A stretch of DNA of 64,000 bases from Nitrosopumilaceae archaeon (GTDB taxonomy: Archaea; Thermoproteota; Nitrososphaeria; Nitrososphaerales; Nitrosopumilaceae), in contig OZ242365.1 in assembly GCA_965208905.1 (NCBI GenBank), positions 384,001 through 448,000 of the forward strand, given 5' to 3'. The notes under the pieces are model-generated. The model saw nothing but the letters and a program-made list of their open reading frames with translations, searched no databases and was not told the DNA's origin. Each line of letters opens with the position of its first letter. Within the stretch, counting starts at the first letter, position 1. A program made the position numbers and the translations under genes. This document shows positions 20,876-30,411 of the stretch, piece by piece.

Positions 20876-23800
20876 TCATGTGTAGTCGGTCAGCAACATC
20901 TGTTCTCCACTACCTTTGCCAAATACCAGTTCAATCTCTTCGGATAAGGCACGTACACGATCCTTCTGATATTCGCCCACATCATACTTTGACACCAGCC
21001 TTTGAGTTATTTGGAGATATTTTGACACGGATGCTCGAGATATTGTAGGTATGGGGACTTTGCCGCAGGTGCACCGCCCGGTCAGTGGTGGACGACGAAA
21101 CTTCCCATTACAGGATGTGCATCTGAATGTTTGCCTGGCGTACGCCCGCAAGTTTCCCATTATATCTGGTACAAGGTGGGTATTTATCACATTATTTACT
21201 GTCTCGGGCGTGTCCACAGCGTCTATCAGGTTGGCGTTTTTAATCTGCATATCCAACTTGTCCAACATAGAACCAAGTGTAGAGTAGGCGCTCTGGGACC
21301 GTGATGTAACCAAAGTTGATGTATCATGTGTAAACAGATAATCAGAGAATTGTTTTGGTGTGTCAAGACGATCACGGGCCAGCTCTATACTTGTGATGTC
21401 AGCAGCCTTCTTCTTCATCAGCGTATCCTCAAAGAATTGTATGGAGTAAGCATCACAGACCTCCAGATTATGAGCCTGAGATGGAGATTCGTGGGGAAGA
21501 ACCGTGGGTTGTATCAGTAGAGGCGCATCCATCAGGCCGCCAATTTTGTCGGAGAGGAATTTTTTAGAAAAGTTCAACAGGGCATCCAGTAATAATATGA
21601 CTGAATCTGCATCACCATCAGCATCTCGACGTTTGGCTGCATGCCAGTTTGGGGTTGCAAAGCAGACCTGCGTGTTGGTAAACCCGATTATGCGGCCTGC
21701 CACTCCGACTGAGGTATGGGGAGCTAAACCTGCCACAAGATGACCCACCAGATCATCGATGGATTGTACATTGTAGAACCGCTCTTTATTATAGAATTTA
21801 GATAATAGATCGTCCACATATGCCGCTGCCTGCGCAAAGTATCTACCACATTCAGCTGGGAGTATAATGTCTTGTATGAATAACTCTACTGTTTGGTCTT
21901 TGTCTGTGAGTGGTCTTCCATGCATGTCATGTGTATAGCCCAATCTTTTGAGGGACTCAAGGGAGGTGCTAATCCAAGAGGGTTTAAAGTGGGTTAGTGT
22001 GACGTTGGTGGCATCAAAGCGAACCGTGCCATCTTTGAATACAGTTAGATTGTGGGCTTGTCGTAGCAGTCCTTTCTCTAATGGTTCAGGTACTTTATCA
22101 TAACTTATCAAAGATTCGACGCCTTTGAAGGGTTCATGTGCACGATATTTTATACGAGCCTGTGCTCTAACAAGTTCAGACTTTAATGGAAATTCACGTC
22201 TTTGGTGCGCATATGTGTCCTTGTGACATTTAGGGCACGTTAAGTCATCTGAGAATATCTTACACCATTTACACCATCTCTTAGTGCCGGTGTCACTGTT
22301 ACACTGGCGACAGACCAGACCTAGTGAAGTCTCACCGCAGTCTACGCATCCGCGCAACATTATATCAGTGAGGAAGGGTTCGGTGCGGGAGGCCTTTATT
22401 ATGTCTCGAGTAGGACCCCCGTCATTATTTATGGGAAAGAGGGAATGTATAGGTGGGTTCATGGTACGGGGCGCAGCCTTTTCGGGACGGCCAATTCGTA
22501 CCCCTATAGATATTGAAGATTTGGGGCGCAGTGTTATTCCCGAGGCTTGACTTAGCGCCAATATTGGCGGTACATCAAGTGCGGGCCGCTTATTTAGTAC
22601 AATTGTTCTGAATAGTTTGGCCTCATCTCCCGTCAATATTGCCAAACCACTCTGCATAACATGTGGAACGCCCAACTTTTCTAGTACTCTTTTGGCTTTA
22701 CTACCATATGTTATAGAGTTATCATCTGAACCTTCGGGCTCTAACAATAGTTGTAGCTCGTTACTGGATAAAAGATCCCAAAAGTACAGATATTTGGGGT
22801 GTAAGGGCACAGATAGTTTAGCGGATATGTCTAGCGCCTCTGAGAGTGTGGGGGTGTTGTCCAGTACTACCTGTTGTTGTGCCGCCTCTCTACTCCAAAA
22901 CTCCTCGACATATCCGGAAGGTACCAGTGTAGAGTTGTTCTCTAAAAAGTCACCGAATGGTATTAGTATATCGCCTAGATGTAGTATTCGGTGTACACTG
23001 TTTTTTAATGTCAGGGCATGTTGCGCATCTGTGATTTTAACAACGTCCCCGTTATGTAACATGACAGTTGGAGTCTCTATAGAGTCAACAAAGGCAATAG
23101 TTGCGCCTTTACCGGGTATGTTGGTCTTTATCTGCGTGCCGGCTACAATGGTATACTCTAGTAACTCTGCCACGGCGGGATGAAGGCCCACAGTTGCGAA
23201 TCCGGTATTGCACGCGCGTCCATATCTTAGACGGAAACCTCCTATCTTTCCGGCAGTGGATAGTACCGAACGTCCTGTAATCACACCCCGCATGCGTTTT
23301 GTCGAGTCGTCTTCTGCGTCTTGTGACTTTTTTGCGCCTTCTATCTCCTCAAGCCACTCCCAGCCTTTTAGTTTGTACATCTCTACACGTTTGCGCAGTT
23401 TCTTTGCCCTGCCTATCAGGCCATCATTGAGTACACGGAGGGCACCTCCCCGAACCCGGTCCGTCTTTATCCGGTGCATATTTCTGTGGTTTACGACCTC
23501 TACGTTGTCTGTATCCACTCCGGCCAACTCGACAGGCAAGTTTGAGATAACATGTATGATATCCTCATCTATAACATTATACTGAAAGTTGCCAGCATCC
23601 CTCTCGTATATCCTCAACTCCTCTACAAAACGGCCAGTCTCATCATCACCAAAAGAGTTTGCCTTGTACTTGTCGAGTCCGGCAATTGTTCTGGCATGGT
23701 CTGCAATCAACATTGTAACTGCAGACTCGGTACCGCCTGCAGACCTCATGGGGCCAGCAATTGAGACGGACAGATACTTTGTCCCATCCCTATTCTCCTT

Positions 23801-24205
23801 TATGTCAACACTGCTTATACCTTGTAGTGGTGCTATTGTAACCCCTTCAGTAACAATTGCCAATCCTACACGAACAGCCATATCAAGACGCTCTTCTAAT
23901 GATACATTAGGTGGTAGAAATTCACCCTTTACAATACGACTGGCCATCTCCAAAGCAGACATCTCTTTGTTCGTCTTGGCTAGCATATCTCGAAGTGTCT
24001 CTGCAATGTCAACATCGTGCATTTTTGCAACGCGGTCGGATAGGTCAAAGGCCACCTTTGGTTCGACCATATAAGATACATCAAATTTTGTAGATTTAGC
24101 GTCGGCTGCCACTTTATAAGTACTGGTAGTATAGTCTACCAATGAATGGTAGTACAGCCTATACTCATTAGGCATGGGTATGTCATCTAGTGGTGTGTTA
24201 GGCAA
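20876..24205 (-). CDS. polC: DNA polymerase D large subunit (DP2)
   Basis: EGVTIAP, AGPMRSAGGT, GGFRLRYGR, KDGTVRFD, LAPHTS, catalytic KRRDADGDAD, GGLMDAPL and Zn-finger Cys clusters; no intein seen. Confidence 0.96.
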   Translation of the reverse strand: MPNTPLDDIPMPNEYRLYYHSLVDYTTSTYKVAADAKSTKFDVSYMVEPKVAFDLSDRVAKMHDVDIAETLRDMLAKTNKEMSALEMASRIVKGEFLPPNVSLEERLDMAVRVGLAIVTEGVTIAPLQGISSVDIKENRDGTKYLSVSIAGPMRSAGGTESAVTMLIADHARTIAGLDKYKANSFGDDETGRFVEELRIYERDAGNFQYNVIDEDIIHVISNLPVELAGVDTDNVEVVNHRNMHRIKTDRVRGGALRVLNDGLIGRAKKLRKRVEMYKLKGWEWLEEIEGAKKSQDAEDDSTKRMRGVITGRSVLSTAGKIGGFRLRYGRACNTGFATVGLHPAVAELLEYTIVAGTQIKTNIPGKGATIAFVDSIETPTVMLHNGDVVKITDAQHALTLKNSVHRILHLGDILIPFGDFLENNSTLVPSGYVEEFWSREAAQQQVVLDNTPTLSEALDISAKLSVPLHPKYLYFWDLLSSNELQLLLEPEGSDDNSITYGSKAKRVLEKLGVPHVMQSGLAILTGDEAKLFRTIVLNKRPALDVPPILALSQASGITLRPKSSISIGVRIGRPEKAAPRTMNPPIHSLFPINNDGGPTRDIIKASRTEPFLTDIMLRGCVDCGETSLGLVCRQCNSDTGTKRWCKWCKIFSDDLTCPKCHKDTYAHQRREFPLKSELVRAQARIKYRAHEPFKGVESLISYDKVPEPLEKGLLRQAHNLTVFKDGTVRFDATNVTLTHFKPSWISTSLESLKRLGYTHDMHGRPLTDKDQTVELFIQDIILPAECGRYFAQAAAYVDDLLSKFYNKERFYNVQSIDDLVGHLVAGLAPHTSVGVAGRIIGFTNTQVCFATPNWHAAKRRDADGDADSVILLLDALLNFSKKFLSDKIGGLMDAPLLIQPTVLPHESPSQAHNLEVCDAYSIQFFEDTLMKKKAADITSIELARDRLDTPKQFSDYLFTHDTSTLVTSRSQSAYSTLGSMLDKLDMQIKNANLIDAVDTPETVNNVINTHLVPDIMGNLRAYARQTFRCTSCNGKFRRPPLTGRCTCGKVPIPTISRASVSKYLQITQRLVSKYDVGEYQKDRVRALSEEIELVFGKGSGEQMLLTDYT

Positions 24206-24207
24206 TT

Positions 24208-24954
24208 TTAGACTGATATAACCGCCTGTGCCATCTCTGAAAGTTTGTGCTGATTCTCCTTCTGCTCAAAGAGGGTGCCTATAACAAGTGCATTGGCTCC
24301 GGCCTCCACCAAATCTTTGGCGGTCTGTGTATCGGCTATGCCACCTCCCACAATCAAGAATCCATCAAAGACCTTACGAACGGCTCGTACCATCTCCGAA
24401 GTGATGGCCCTCTTTGAGCCTGAACCAGCCTCTAGATACACAAATCGCATGCCAAAGAATCTGGCCGCCAATGAGTATGCAGCAGCTATTTTTGGTTTAT
24501 CAAAGGGTATGCCACGAGCAGACCCTACAAACCAGGCAGATGTTCCATCGCCTATGACCAAGTATGCTGTAGGGAGTGGTTCTATACCAAATTTTAGAAT
24601 ATTTGGGGCGCCCAGCGCCTGAGCCTGAGTAATATAGTAGGGATTCTCAGAGTTTAAAAGAGAACTAAATAGTATTGCGTCCGCATCTGGAACTATTCCT
24701 GTAATGTTGCCGGGAAACAACACAACAGGTATCTGAATGTTTTGTTTTACACTTTTAACCACGCCGGCCATCTCAAATGAGTTTGTAGCTGATGAGCCGC
24801 CCACCAGTATCACCGAAGCTCCTGCTCGCTCGGCTGCAGCTGCTCGCTCGGCTGCTTCAGCCTCACTGGAGTCTTCTGAGTCTAAAAGAACAAAGAGTAG
24901 TGCTCTTTTGGTTTTCAGCTCTTCATTGAGATACCTTTCTATCGACTTCATCAT
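24208..24954 (-). CDS. Geranylgeranylglyceryl phosphate synthase
   Basis: VGGSS, PVVLFPG, YLEAGSG and VGGGI motifs (group II GGGPS). Confidence 0.92.
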   Translation of the reverse strand: MMKSIERYLNEELKTKRALLFVLLDSEDSSEAEAAERAAAAERAGASVILVGGSSATNSFEMAGVVKSVKQNIQIPVVLFPGNITGIVPDADAILFSSLLNSENPYYITQAQALGAPNILKFGIEPLPTAYLVIGDGTSAWFVGSARGIPFDKPKIAAAYSLAARFFGMRFVYLEAGSGSKRAITSEMVRAVRKVFDGFLIVGGGIADTQTAKDLVEAGANALVIGTLFEQKENQHKLSEMAQAVISV

Positions 24955-25019
24955 ACCACAAGATAAGATGTACCCTTTAAAGTCTTTAATAGTTGTATAT
25001 ACAATATTGTATAGTAAAT

Positions 25020-25364
25020 ATGGTCTCTAATGAATACAGTTTTAATAAGATATTGAACAAAATTATAGAAAAATCATCATTTACAAAAAGAAATGTTGAG
25101 ATAATGTTAAGTAAAAGCCATCGACAGTTACAGATAAGCAGTGGCGCGTACTATAGACAAAAGAGTCAGATAAAGCAAAAGACCGAGTCAATCATATACT
25201 CACTGGTGTTACTGCAGGCGTTAAATATGCTCTCAAAAGAGAGTTTATATAGTATGGAGCAAATGTCCGAGAGTGTGAGTGTGATATTAGACAGTGATGT
25301 TAGTGAGGAGAGTGATATCATGCGTCTTTTGGATGAGATTGTAAAGAGGAGTGTTGTGATGTGA
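25020..25364 (+). CDS. Hypothetical protein near oriC (possible DNA-binding)
   Basis: SSFTKRNVEI and ISSGAYYR motifs; start moved to ATG 25020; TTTAAAG/TATATA upstream. Confidence 0.7.
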   Translation: MVSNEYSFNKILNKIIEKSSFTKRNVEIMLSKSHRQLQISSGAYYRQKSQIKQKTESIIYSLVLLQALNMLSKESLYSMEQMSESVSVILDSDVSEESDIMRLLDEIVKRSVVM

Positions 25365-25659
25365 TTAACGTACGCCTGTGTTGTGATATCTAAGGGGTTT
25401 GGAGAGGGGATGTATAACTGTGATAATGTATGTTGTGATATTTGTTTATATTGTGAGTGATTGTGATTAAGGTATGGATTATGTGATGTTGTTCTTAGTG
25501 GGAATGGGAATATTTAGTGTGAGCCTTGTAACTGCATATATCACAATGAAAAATAGATGTGATGTGTACCGTGATGAGTTGATCAAACTAAAAATTAAAG
25601 TTGATATGTTATCACAACCTGAAGAATCACCTAGACAATCACGTTTTGATAATATCACA
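25280..25659. repeat. Dense cluster of TGTGAT/ATCACA hexamers
   Basis: By manual count, 9 TGTGAT (25280-25563) and 3 ATCACA (25540-25659) in about 380 bp. Confidence 0.75.
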
Positions 25660-25869
25660 CATGAGGTTTTAAGGTTGGTTAGGGAGAAATCCTTGACTGC
25701 ACGGGAGATACAAGGCGTGTTAGGCCAGAGCCGAGAGCATGTAGCCCGGCTTGTCAAGAAGATGGCCGATGATGGATATTTGAAGCGGATGAACACAAGA
25801 CCCTACACATATAAGATAACAGAGAAGGGCCTAGATTTACTCAAAGATGCCACCCAAAAGTCTGGGTGA
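25474..25869 (+). CDS. Winged-helix (MarR-like) protein with N-terminal transmembrane helix
   Basis: Hydrophobic residues 4-24, short coiled coil, then LTAREIQGVLGQSREHVARLVKKMADDGYL..YKITEKG. Confidence 0.8.
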   Translation: MDYVMLFLVGMGIFSVSLVTAYITMKNRCDVYRDELIKLKIKVDMLSQPEESPRQSRFDNITHEVLRLVREKSLTAREIQGVLGQSREHVARLVKKMADDGYLKRMNTRPYTYKITEKGLDLLKDATQKSG

Positions 25870-26276
25870 TGGTAAACAAAGGTAATCATACATAAGGGTA
25901 GGAGCGCCGCTAGGGTAGGGCTGGATATAGTAGCAAGATGTCATTCATGATTGAGATCGTAGTAAGTTTGATGTAAGGGTAACCGAGAACGACTTCTCTT
26001 TTATTCCAAGGACAATCTGGACTTCATCTGTATGCTGATGGTCACCAGACATAAGATCTCGCGCCACATGGAGAGTGACCTGTCGGTGATAAGGGTACAG
26101 GGGTGAAATGGCGAGCCCGTCCCGTATCACAACACCATAGATATGCACCTGCGGACTATCCCGTACTGTTGGCTGGCCGGGATGTTGGTCAGGCTGTGCA
26201 TGGCCGAGTAGTTGTGTAAACTTTTTGGTGTATATGGTAGGGTTGTGTTAGGTATCATAGAATGGTTAGACGTTGA

Positions 26277-26663
26277 TCAACGCCCAACTTTGAGATGGGG
26301 GTTTACATTAGTAGGAATGATATATGTCCATTCCCGGCCAGTTTTATGTCTCTGCATCTTTAACTTATCTGAAAAGCGGGCTAAGTATGTAGATACAACA
26401 CTAAGTTTGATGGGTTCGTTGTATTCATCCTCATACTTCTCCAACACCATATTAGAGGTAAAGTTCCCAGGAGTAAAGTATTTTTCAGCTACATGCCAAA
26501 TTTTCGCACCAATAGAGTCTAGTGGTGCAGTCTTTTTACCATCCATTAACTCTATCATCTCATATACTTTCAACAACTTTTCTTTGGTGACCTCACCTTC
26601 CAACTTTATATCAAAACGGACACCATCACCATCATCTACATCAATGCGTATGCGTTTTCTCAT
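26277..26663 (-). CDS. Hypothetical winged-helix-like protein divergent from cdc6
   Basis: 128 aa; FTSNMVLEKYEDEYNEPIKLSVVSTYLARF..REWTY resembles a wHTH. Confidence 0.7.
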   Translation of the reverse strand: MRKRIRIDVDDGDGVRFDIKLEGEVTKEKLLKVYEMIELMDGKKTAPLDSIGAKIWHVAEKYFTPGNFTSNMVLEKYEDEYNEPIKLSVVSTYLARFSDKLKMQRHKTGREWTYIIPTNVNPHLKVGR

Positions 26664-26800
26664 CTATAAGATATTAACAATTGTTCACTTATTACCACCT
26701 TTGTCAAAATCTGTTAACAACTAACATTGTTAATTTTGACAAGTGAATTTTCCATATATTATTTTTGGATTTAATGTATAATATAGAAGGAGAGGGTAGA

Positions 26801-27064
26801 ATGACGCCTGGAGTGGAAATGAAGGGGTCAGAATCAGTGATTAACATGTTAACCACACATGATGACGCCTGGAGTGGAAATGAAGGGGTCAGAATCAGCC
26901 TATTTCTTATTCTAGTTAACTTGATATTAACTACTGATTAACAGAGGCCCCCTCCCCACCATTTCCACTCCACTATAATAAAAAATAAAAAAAGAGTGAT
27001 CAAGAATAGATATCAGTATGAGATGTATTATATTCATAATGAGATGGAATGGAAATGAAGGGGT
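26801..27064. promoter_or_regulatory. Replication origin oriC with ORB elements
   Basis: ORB-like GGAGTGGAAATGAAGGGGT within perfect 37-bp repeats (26801-26837, 26862-26898), an inverted ORB at ~26954-26972, another ORB at ~27045-27064, AT-rich spacers, immediately upstream of cdc6. Confidence 0.88.
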
Positions 27065-27073
27065 GAGTGTCAG

Positions 27074-28273
27074 GTGGATCCAATAGACCGTCTCTTAGAT
27101 GAAGCAGAATCAGGCCTCTCTCTGATTAAGAATCGGGATGCCTTACGCTTTACATTCATCCCAGATAGAATACAACATAGAGATAACGAATTAACACAAG
27201 TAACACAATCATTACTACCCATACTTAAACAATCTAGACCATCCAATCTACTAGTGTATGGTAAACCAGGTACGGGAAAGACTCTTGTAGTTAAAAAAGT
27301 GATATCAAAGATTCAAGAGCGTGTGAAATCCACCAACTTTCCCATAAAATTAGTGTATACTAACTCAAAGGTTGAGACTACTCTGTACGGTCTGTTGTTG
27401 AACTTTGGTCGTCAATTAGATATGTCTGAGAAGGAACTACCATGGACTGGAATATCCATAAGTGAGGTATTTAGGAGAATTCTGGATGTTATAAACAACA
27501 AAAAACTAAACGTCATACTGGTGATCGATGAGATAGACTTTCTAGTCAAATTAGTTACAAAAGGAAATAAAGACATTCTATACCATATCACAAGAGCTAA
27601 TGAGAGATTGAATAATGGTTCTCTTACTCTGGTGGGAATATCTAATAATTTAACATTCAAAGATCATCTTGATCCTAGGGTAATAAGCACATTAGGTGAA
27701 GAAGAGGTTGTCTTTACAAGTTATACTATAGAGCAACTACGCTCTATAATACAAGAGAGAATAAGAATGGCATTTGATAGAGATGTAGTATATGACTCCA
27801 CACTGAATCTCTGCGCAGCGTATGCAGGCCGTGAGCATGGTGATGCCCGCCGAGCAATAGACTTGATTCGTGTAGCAGGTGAGATTGCCGAACGGGATCA
27901 ATCTACATCTGTACAACCAGACCATATTGAAGAGGCATTAAAGAAAATTGAAGAAGACAAAGAGACGGCAGCCCTAAAATCCTACCCACTACACGAGAAA
28001 CTTTTGATATTGGGTGTAATGCGTACGGATGGTTCTACTACTGGGAGTATATACAATGTATACAAAGAGATGTGTAGAAAGATACAACAGAAAGAGCTCT
28101 CATATCGTCGCATAACACAAATGCTTAGTGAGATAGAGATGTCTGGTTTAATATCCAGTCGTTTGGTCCATCAAGGCGTACATGGCAACACAAAAAAATT
28201 CAAACTGACCATATCACAAAGTATAGTCAAAGAGACATTATACCTAGATGATACATTAAGAGAGTTAATTTGA
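27074..28273 (+). CDS. cdc6: Cdc6/Orc1 replication initiator
   Basis: Walker A GKPGTGKT, Walker B VIDEID, LDPRVIS, GDARRAIDL and C-terminal wHTH. Confidence 0.96.
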   Translation: MDPIDRLLDEAESGLSLIKNRDALRFTFIPDRIQHRDNELTQVTQSLLPILKQSRPSNLLVYGKPGTGKTLVVKKVISKIQERVKSTNFPIKLVYTNSKVETTLYGLLLNFGRQLDMSEKELPWTGISISEVFRRILDVINNKKLNVILVIDEIDFLVKLVTKGNKDILYHITRANERLNNGSLTLVGISNNLTFKDHLDPRVISTLGEEEVVFTSYTIEQLRSIIQERIRMAFDRDVVYDSTLNLCAAYAGREHGDARRAIDLIRVAGEIAERDQSTSVQPDHIEEALKKIEEDKETAALKSYPLHEKLLILGVMRTDGSTTGSIYNVYKEMCRKIQQKELSYRRITQMLSEIEMSGLISSRLVHQGVHGNTKKFKLTISQSIVKETLYLDDTLRELI

Positions 28274-29677
28274 GAAATCCCTTAAGACTATCTGATGAGT
28301 CTTTAAGTTGAACAATACTGCAATACCGGGTGTAGGTACCTGACCCACGCGTAATTGAAAAGGTGTCTGTCTCTGCCAAGCGCCAGAGTTTATCACCTTT
28401 ACTCCCTTGTATACATCTATCTCAGTTACATGGACATGGCCTGCATGAAACACATCAGGTATATTCTCTATAACCAACAAATCCTCTTTTTCTGGGGCAA
28501 TGGGGGTCTGGCTCCCAAATATGGGAGATAGATGCCTCGCACGCAGTATACTTCTCATTACATCTGCCGGATGAGCGTACTCCATACCGGCCACCCCCTT
28601 TACTATATCATCAATACTCTGTCCGTGAAACATCAATACTTTGATATTATTTACGCTTATCATGGCAGGATTTCCCAACATGAATATATTCTCCTTATTC
28701 CAAAGGTTTGGAGCACTACCTTGTGGTATGGCTGGTTGGGGCAGGGCGCGGCGGCCCGGGTCGTGATTACCAGGAGAGATAAAGACTTTGATATAATCAG
28801 GTATTAACGAGAGTAACTCAGCAGCCTTCTCTAACTGTTTGTATGTAGTCTTCTCTTCCAACTCTTTATCTTGATCCGGAAATATACCCACACCATCTAT
28901 GATATCCCCAGCTATCAGAATGAACCGTACCTTTAAGGCGTATGGATCAGAACTTGACAACCAATCCAGAAACTCCCTAAACTCCCTCTCCATGAAATAC
29001 TTACTTCCTATATGTAAATCCGAGAGTAGTATGGCAAACGCTTCACTGTCACCTTTATTTGTGCTATGCAGGGGCACGTCTGGTTGTATTATATCGGTGA
29101 ATTTTACATCATCACCCTGCTTGTCAACCTTTACCATCACAAATTGATCTAGAAACAACTCTCTGAGCGTATTACGAGCCTGGTCTACAATAAATCCCTC
29201 CAGAGTTCCAGTCATATCCTCTACAGTAAGCCGAAAAGTGTTGTCTTTGATGACTTTATTATTTACAAGACCACAAACATAGGAATCCTGCTCATCTTTG
29301 TTATGTATGTTTGATATATTTTTTAGATTCTTAGCTTCAGGACGCTGTTCCATTATATTTTTTAATTTTTCAAATCTACTTTTAAAAAGTGAATCAAAAC
29401 CCTCACTTTCTCCCGGCATGGTTAGACGGGCAGTACAGTCAAAGAGTATCTCATGTTTACTCTGTATGTTTGTGTCTACTTCAAGTCCCAAATATCTTAT
29501 AATATCATTACCGGTTATGTGAAAATCTTGGTCAATCGACTTTTCTCGTATTATCTCTTTGATGATTTTATCGAGGTTTTTGTCTTCCACACCACCTAAT
29601 ATCTCTACGACCTCTGGATGTATTTGGAAACCCTTCTTGAAAGCATAATCTAGGGCTCTTTTTACATTTCTTCGCAT
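28265..29677 (-). CDS. polB: DNA polymerase D small subunit (DP1, proofreading phosphoesterase)
   Basis: OB fold plus SDLHIGS, AGDIIDG, PGNHD, HGQS, RHLSP and AGHVH motifs. Confidence 0.94.
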   Translation of the reverse strand: MRRNVKRALDYAFKKGFQIHPEVVEILGGVEDKNLDKIIKEIIREKSIDQDFHITGNDIIRYLGLEVDTNIQSKHEILFDCTARLTMPGESEGFDSLFKSRFEKLKNIMEQRPEAKNLKNISNIHNKDEQDSYVCGLVNNKVIKDNTFRLTVEDMTGTLEGFIVDQARNTLRELFLDQFVMVKVDKQGDDVKFTDIIQPDVPLHSTNKGDSEAFAILLSDLHIGSKYFMEREFREFLDWLSSSDPYALKVRFILIAGDIIDGVGIFPDQDKELEEKTTYKQLEKAAELLSLIPDYIKVFISPGNHDPGRRALPQPAIPQGSAPNLWNKENIFMLGNPAMISVNNIKVLMFHGQSIDDIVKGVAGMEYAHPADVMRSILRARHLSPIFGSQTPIAPEKEDLLVIENIPDVFHAGHVHVTEIDVYKGVKVINSGAWQRQTPFQLRVGQVPTPGIAVLFNLKTHQIVLRDFSN

Positions 29678-29749
29678 ACAACACTACTATATTGTATGCA
29701 GAATAAAACCTAAGGCTTCCTACAAATTTTGAACTACATTCCTCTACAA

Positions 29750-29851
29750 GGTAGCCTGCAGGCCCGCGGCTTGTAAAGGATCGACTCGGCGCCGGCATCG
29801 CCAACATCTGCCGTACGGCAGGCTGGTATGTACCTGTAACTTCCCAGTTCC
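29750..29851 (+). mobile_element. Remnant of a family-A element 3' end
   Basis: GCCAACATCTGCCGTACGGCAGGCTG...CCCAGTTCC resembles the family A 3' hairpin and terminus. Confidence 0.5.
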
Positions 29852-29895
29852 CATGAACCCAACCACAAATATGTCACTACACATTAGACATTTTA

Positions 29896-30411
29896 GTGAA
29901 CCGCATCTATGCCTTCTTTGGTTTTATGGTAGTCTTTACCTCGGCATTTTATGCGGGATCCCTCTTTGAGCATGACCCATTGCAAGCTCAGTTGTTAGTG
30001 GATGAGTTTATGGAGAGTATAGAGGGTATAGACGGGCTGGGAATATTTACGCATAACCTATCTTTGTCACTTCCAATGTTTATACCAGGCTTTGGCGTGG
30101 CCTGGGGAATATTTTCAGGCATATCCACAGGGTATATACTCTCTGCCATTATTACACTCAACCCGGAGGTGGCAATATCACCCTTGGAGTTGTTGTTTTT
30201 ATCACCATTTGGCCTTTTAGAGATAACGGCCTACTCTCTGGCAGGCTCACGCAGTTTTTTGTTGGTTTACAAAATGATACAGAAAGTTAGCATAAGACCC
30301 GACGCCAGAATAGTTGCTACGGAAGTAGGGATAGTCGCCGGTCTACTGTTTGCTGGCGGGATTATAGAGTATTATATGATTGAGATGGCAAGAGAGGCAG
30401 GCATCTTTTAA
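29896..30411 (+). CDS. SpoIIM-like (stage II sporulation protein M family) membrane protein
   Basis: IFTHNL..MFIPGFG, PFGLLEI and AGGIIE motifs; multiple TM helices. Confidence 0.8.
   Translation: MNRIYAFFGFMVVFTSAFYAGSLFEHDPLQAQLLVDEFMESIEGIDGLGIFTHNLSLSLPMFIPGFGVAWGIFSGISTGYILSAIITLNPEVAISPLELLFLSPFGLLEITAYSLAGSRSFLLVYKMIQKVSIRPDARIVATEVGIVAGLLFAGGIIEYYMIEMAREAGIF

Noticed and set aside
25870-26270. Possible RNase P or SRP RNA, or IS256-like end, near oriC
   Set aside because: Diagnostic RNase P or SRP motifs were not found by eye, and the TTGTGTAAA similarity is too short to support a call.
26801-26898. Two identical 37-bp repeats with a 24-bp spacer as a mini-CRISPR array
   Set aside because: The repeat core is the ORB consensus, further copies occur inverted, it sits upstream of cdc6, and there are no cas genes.
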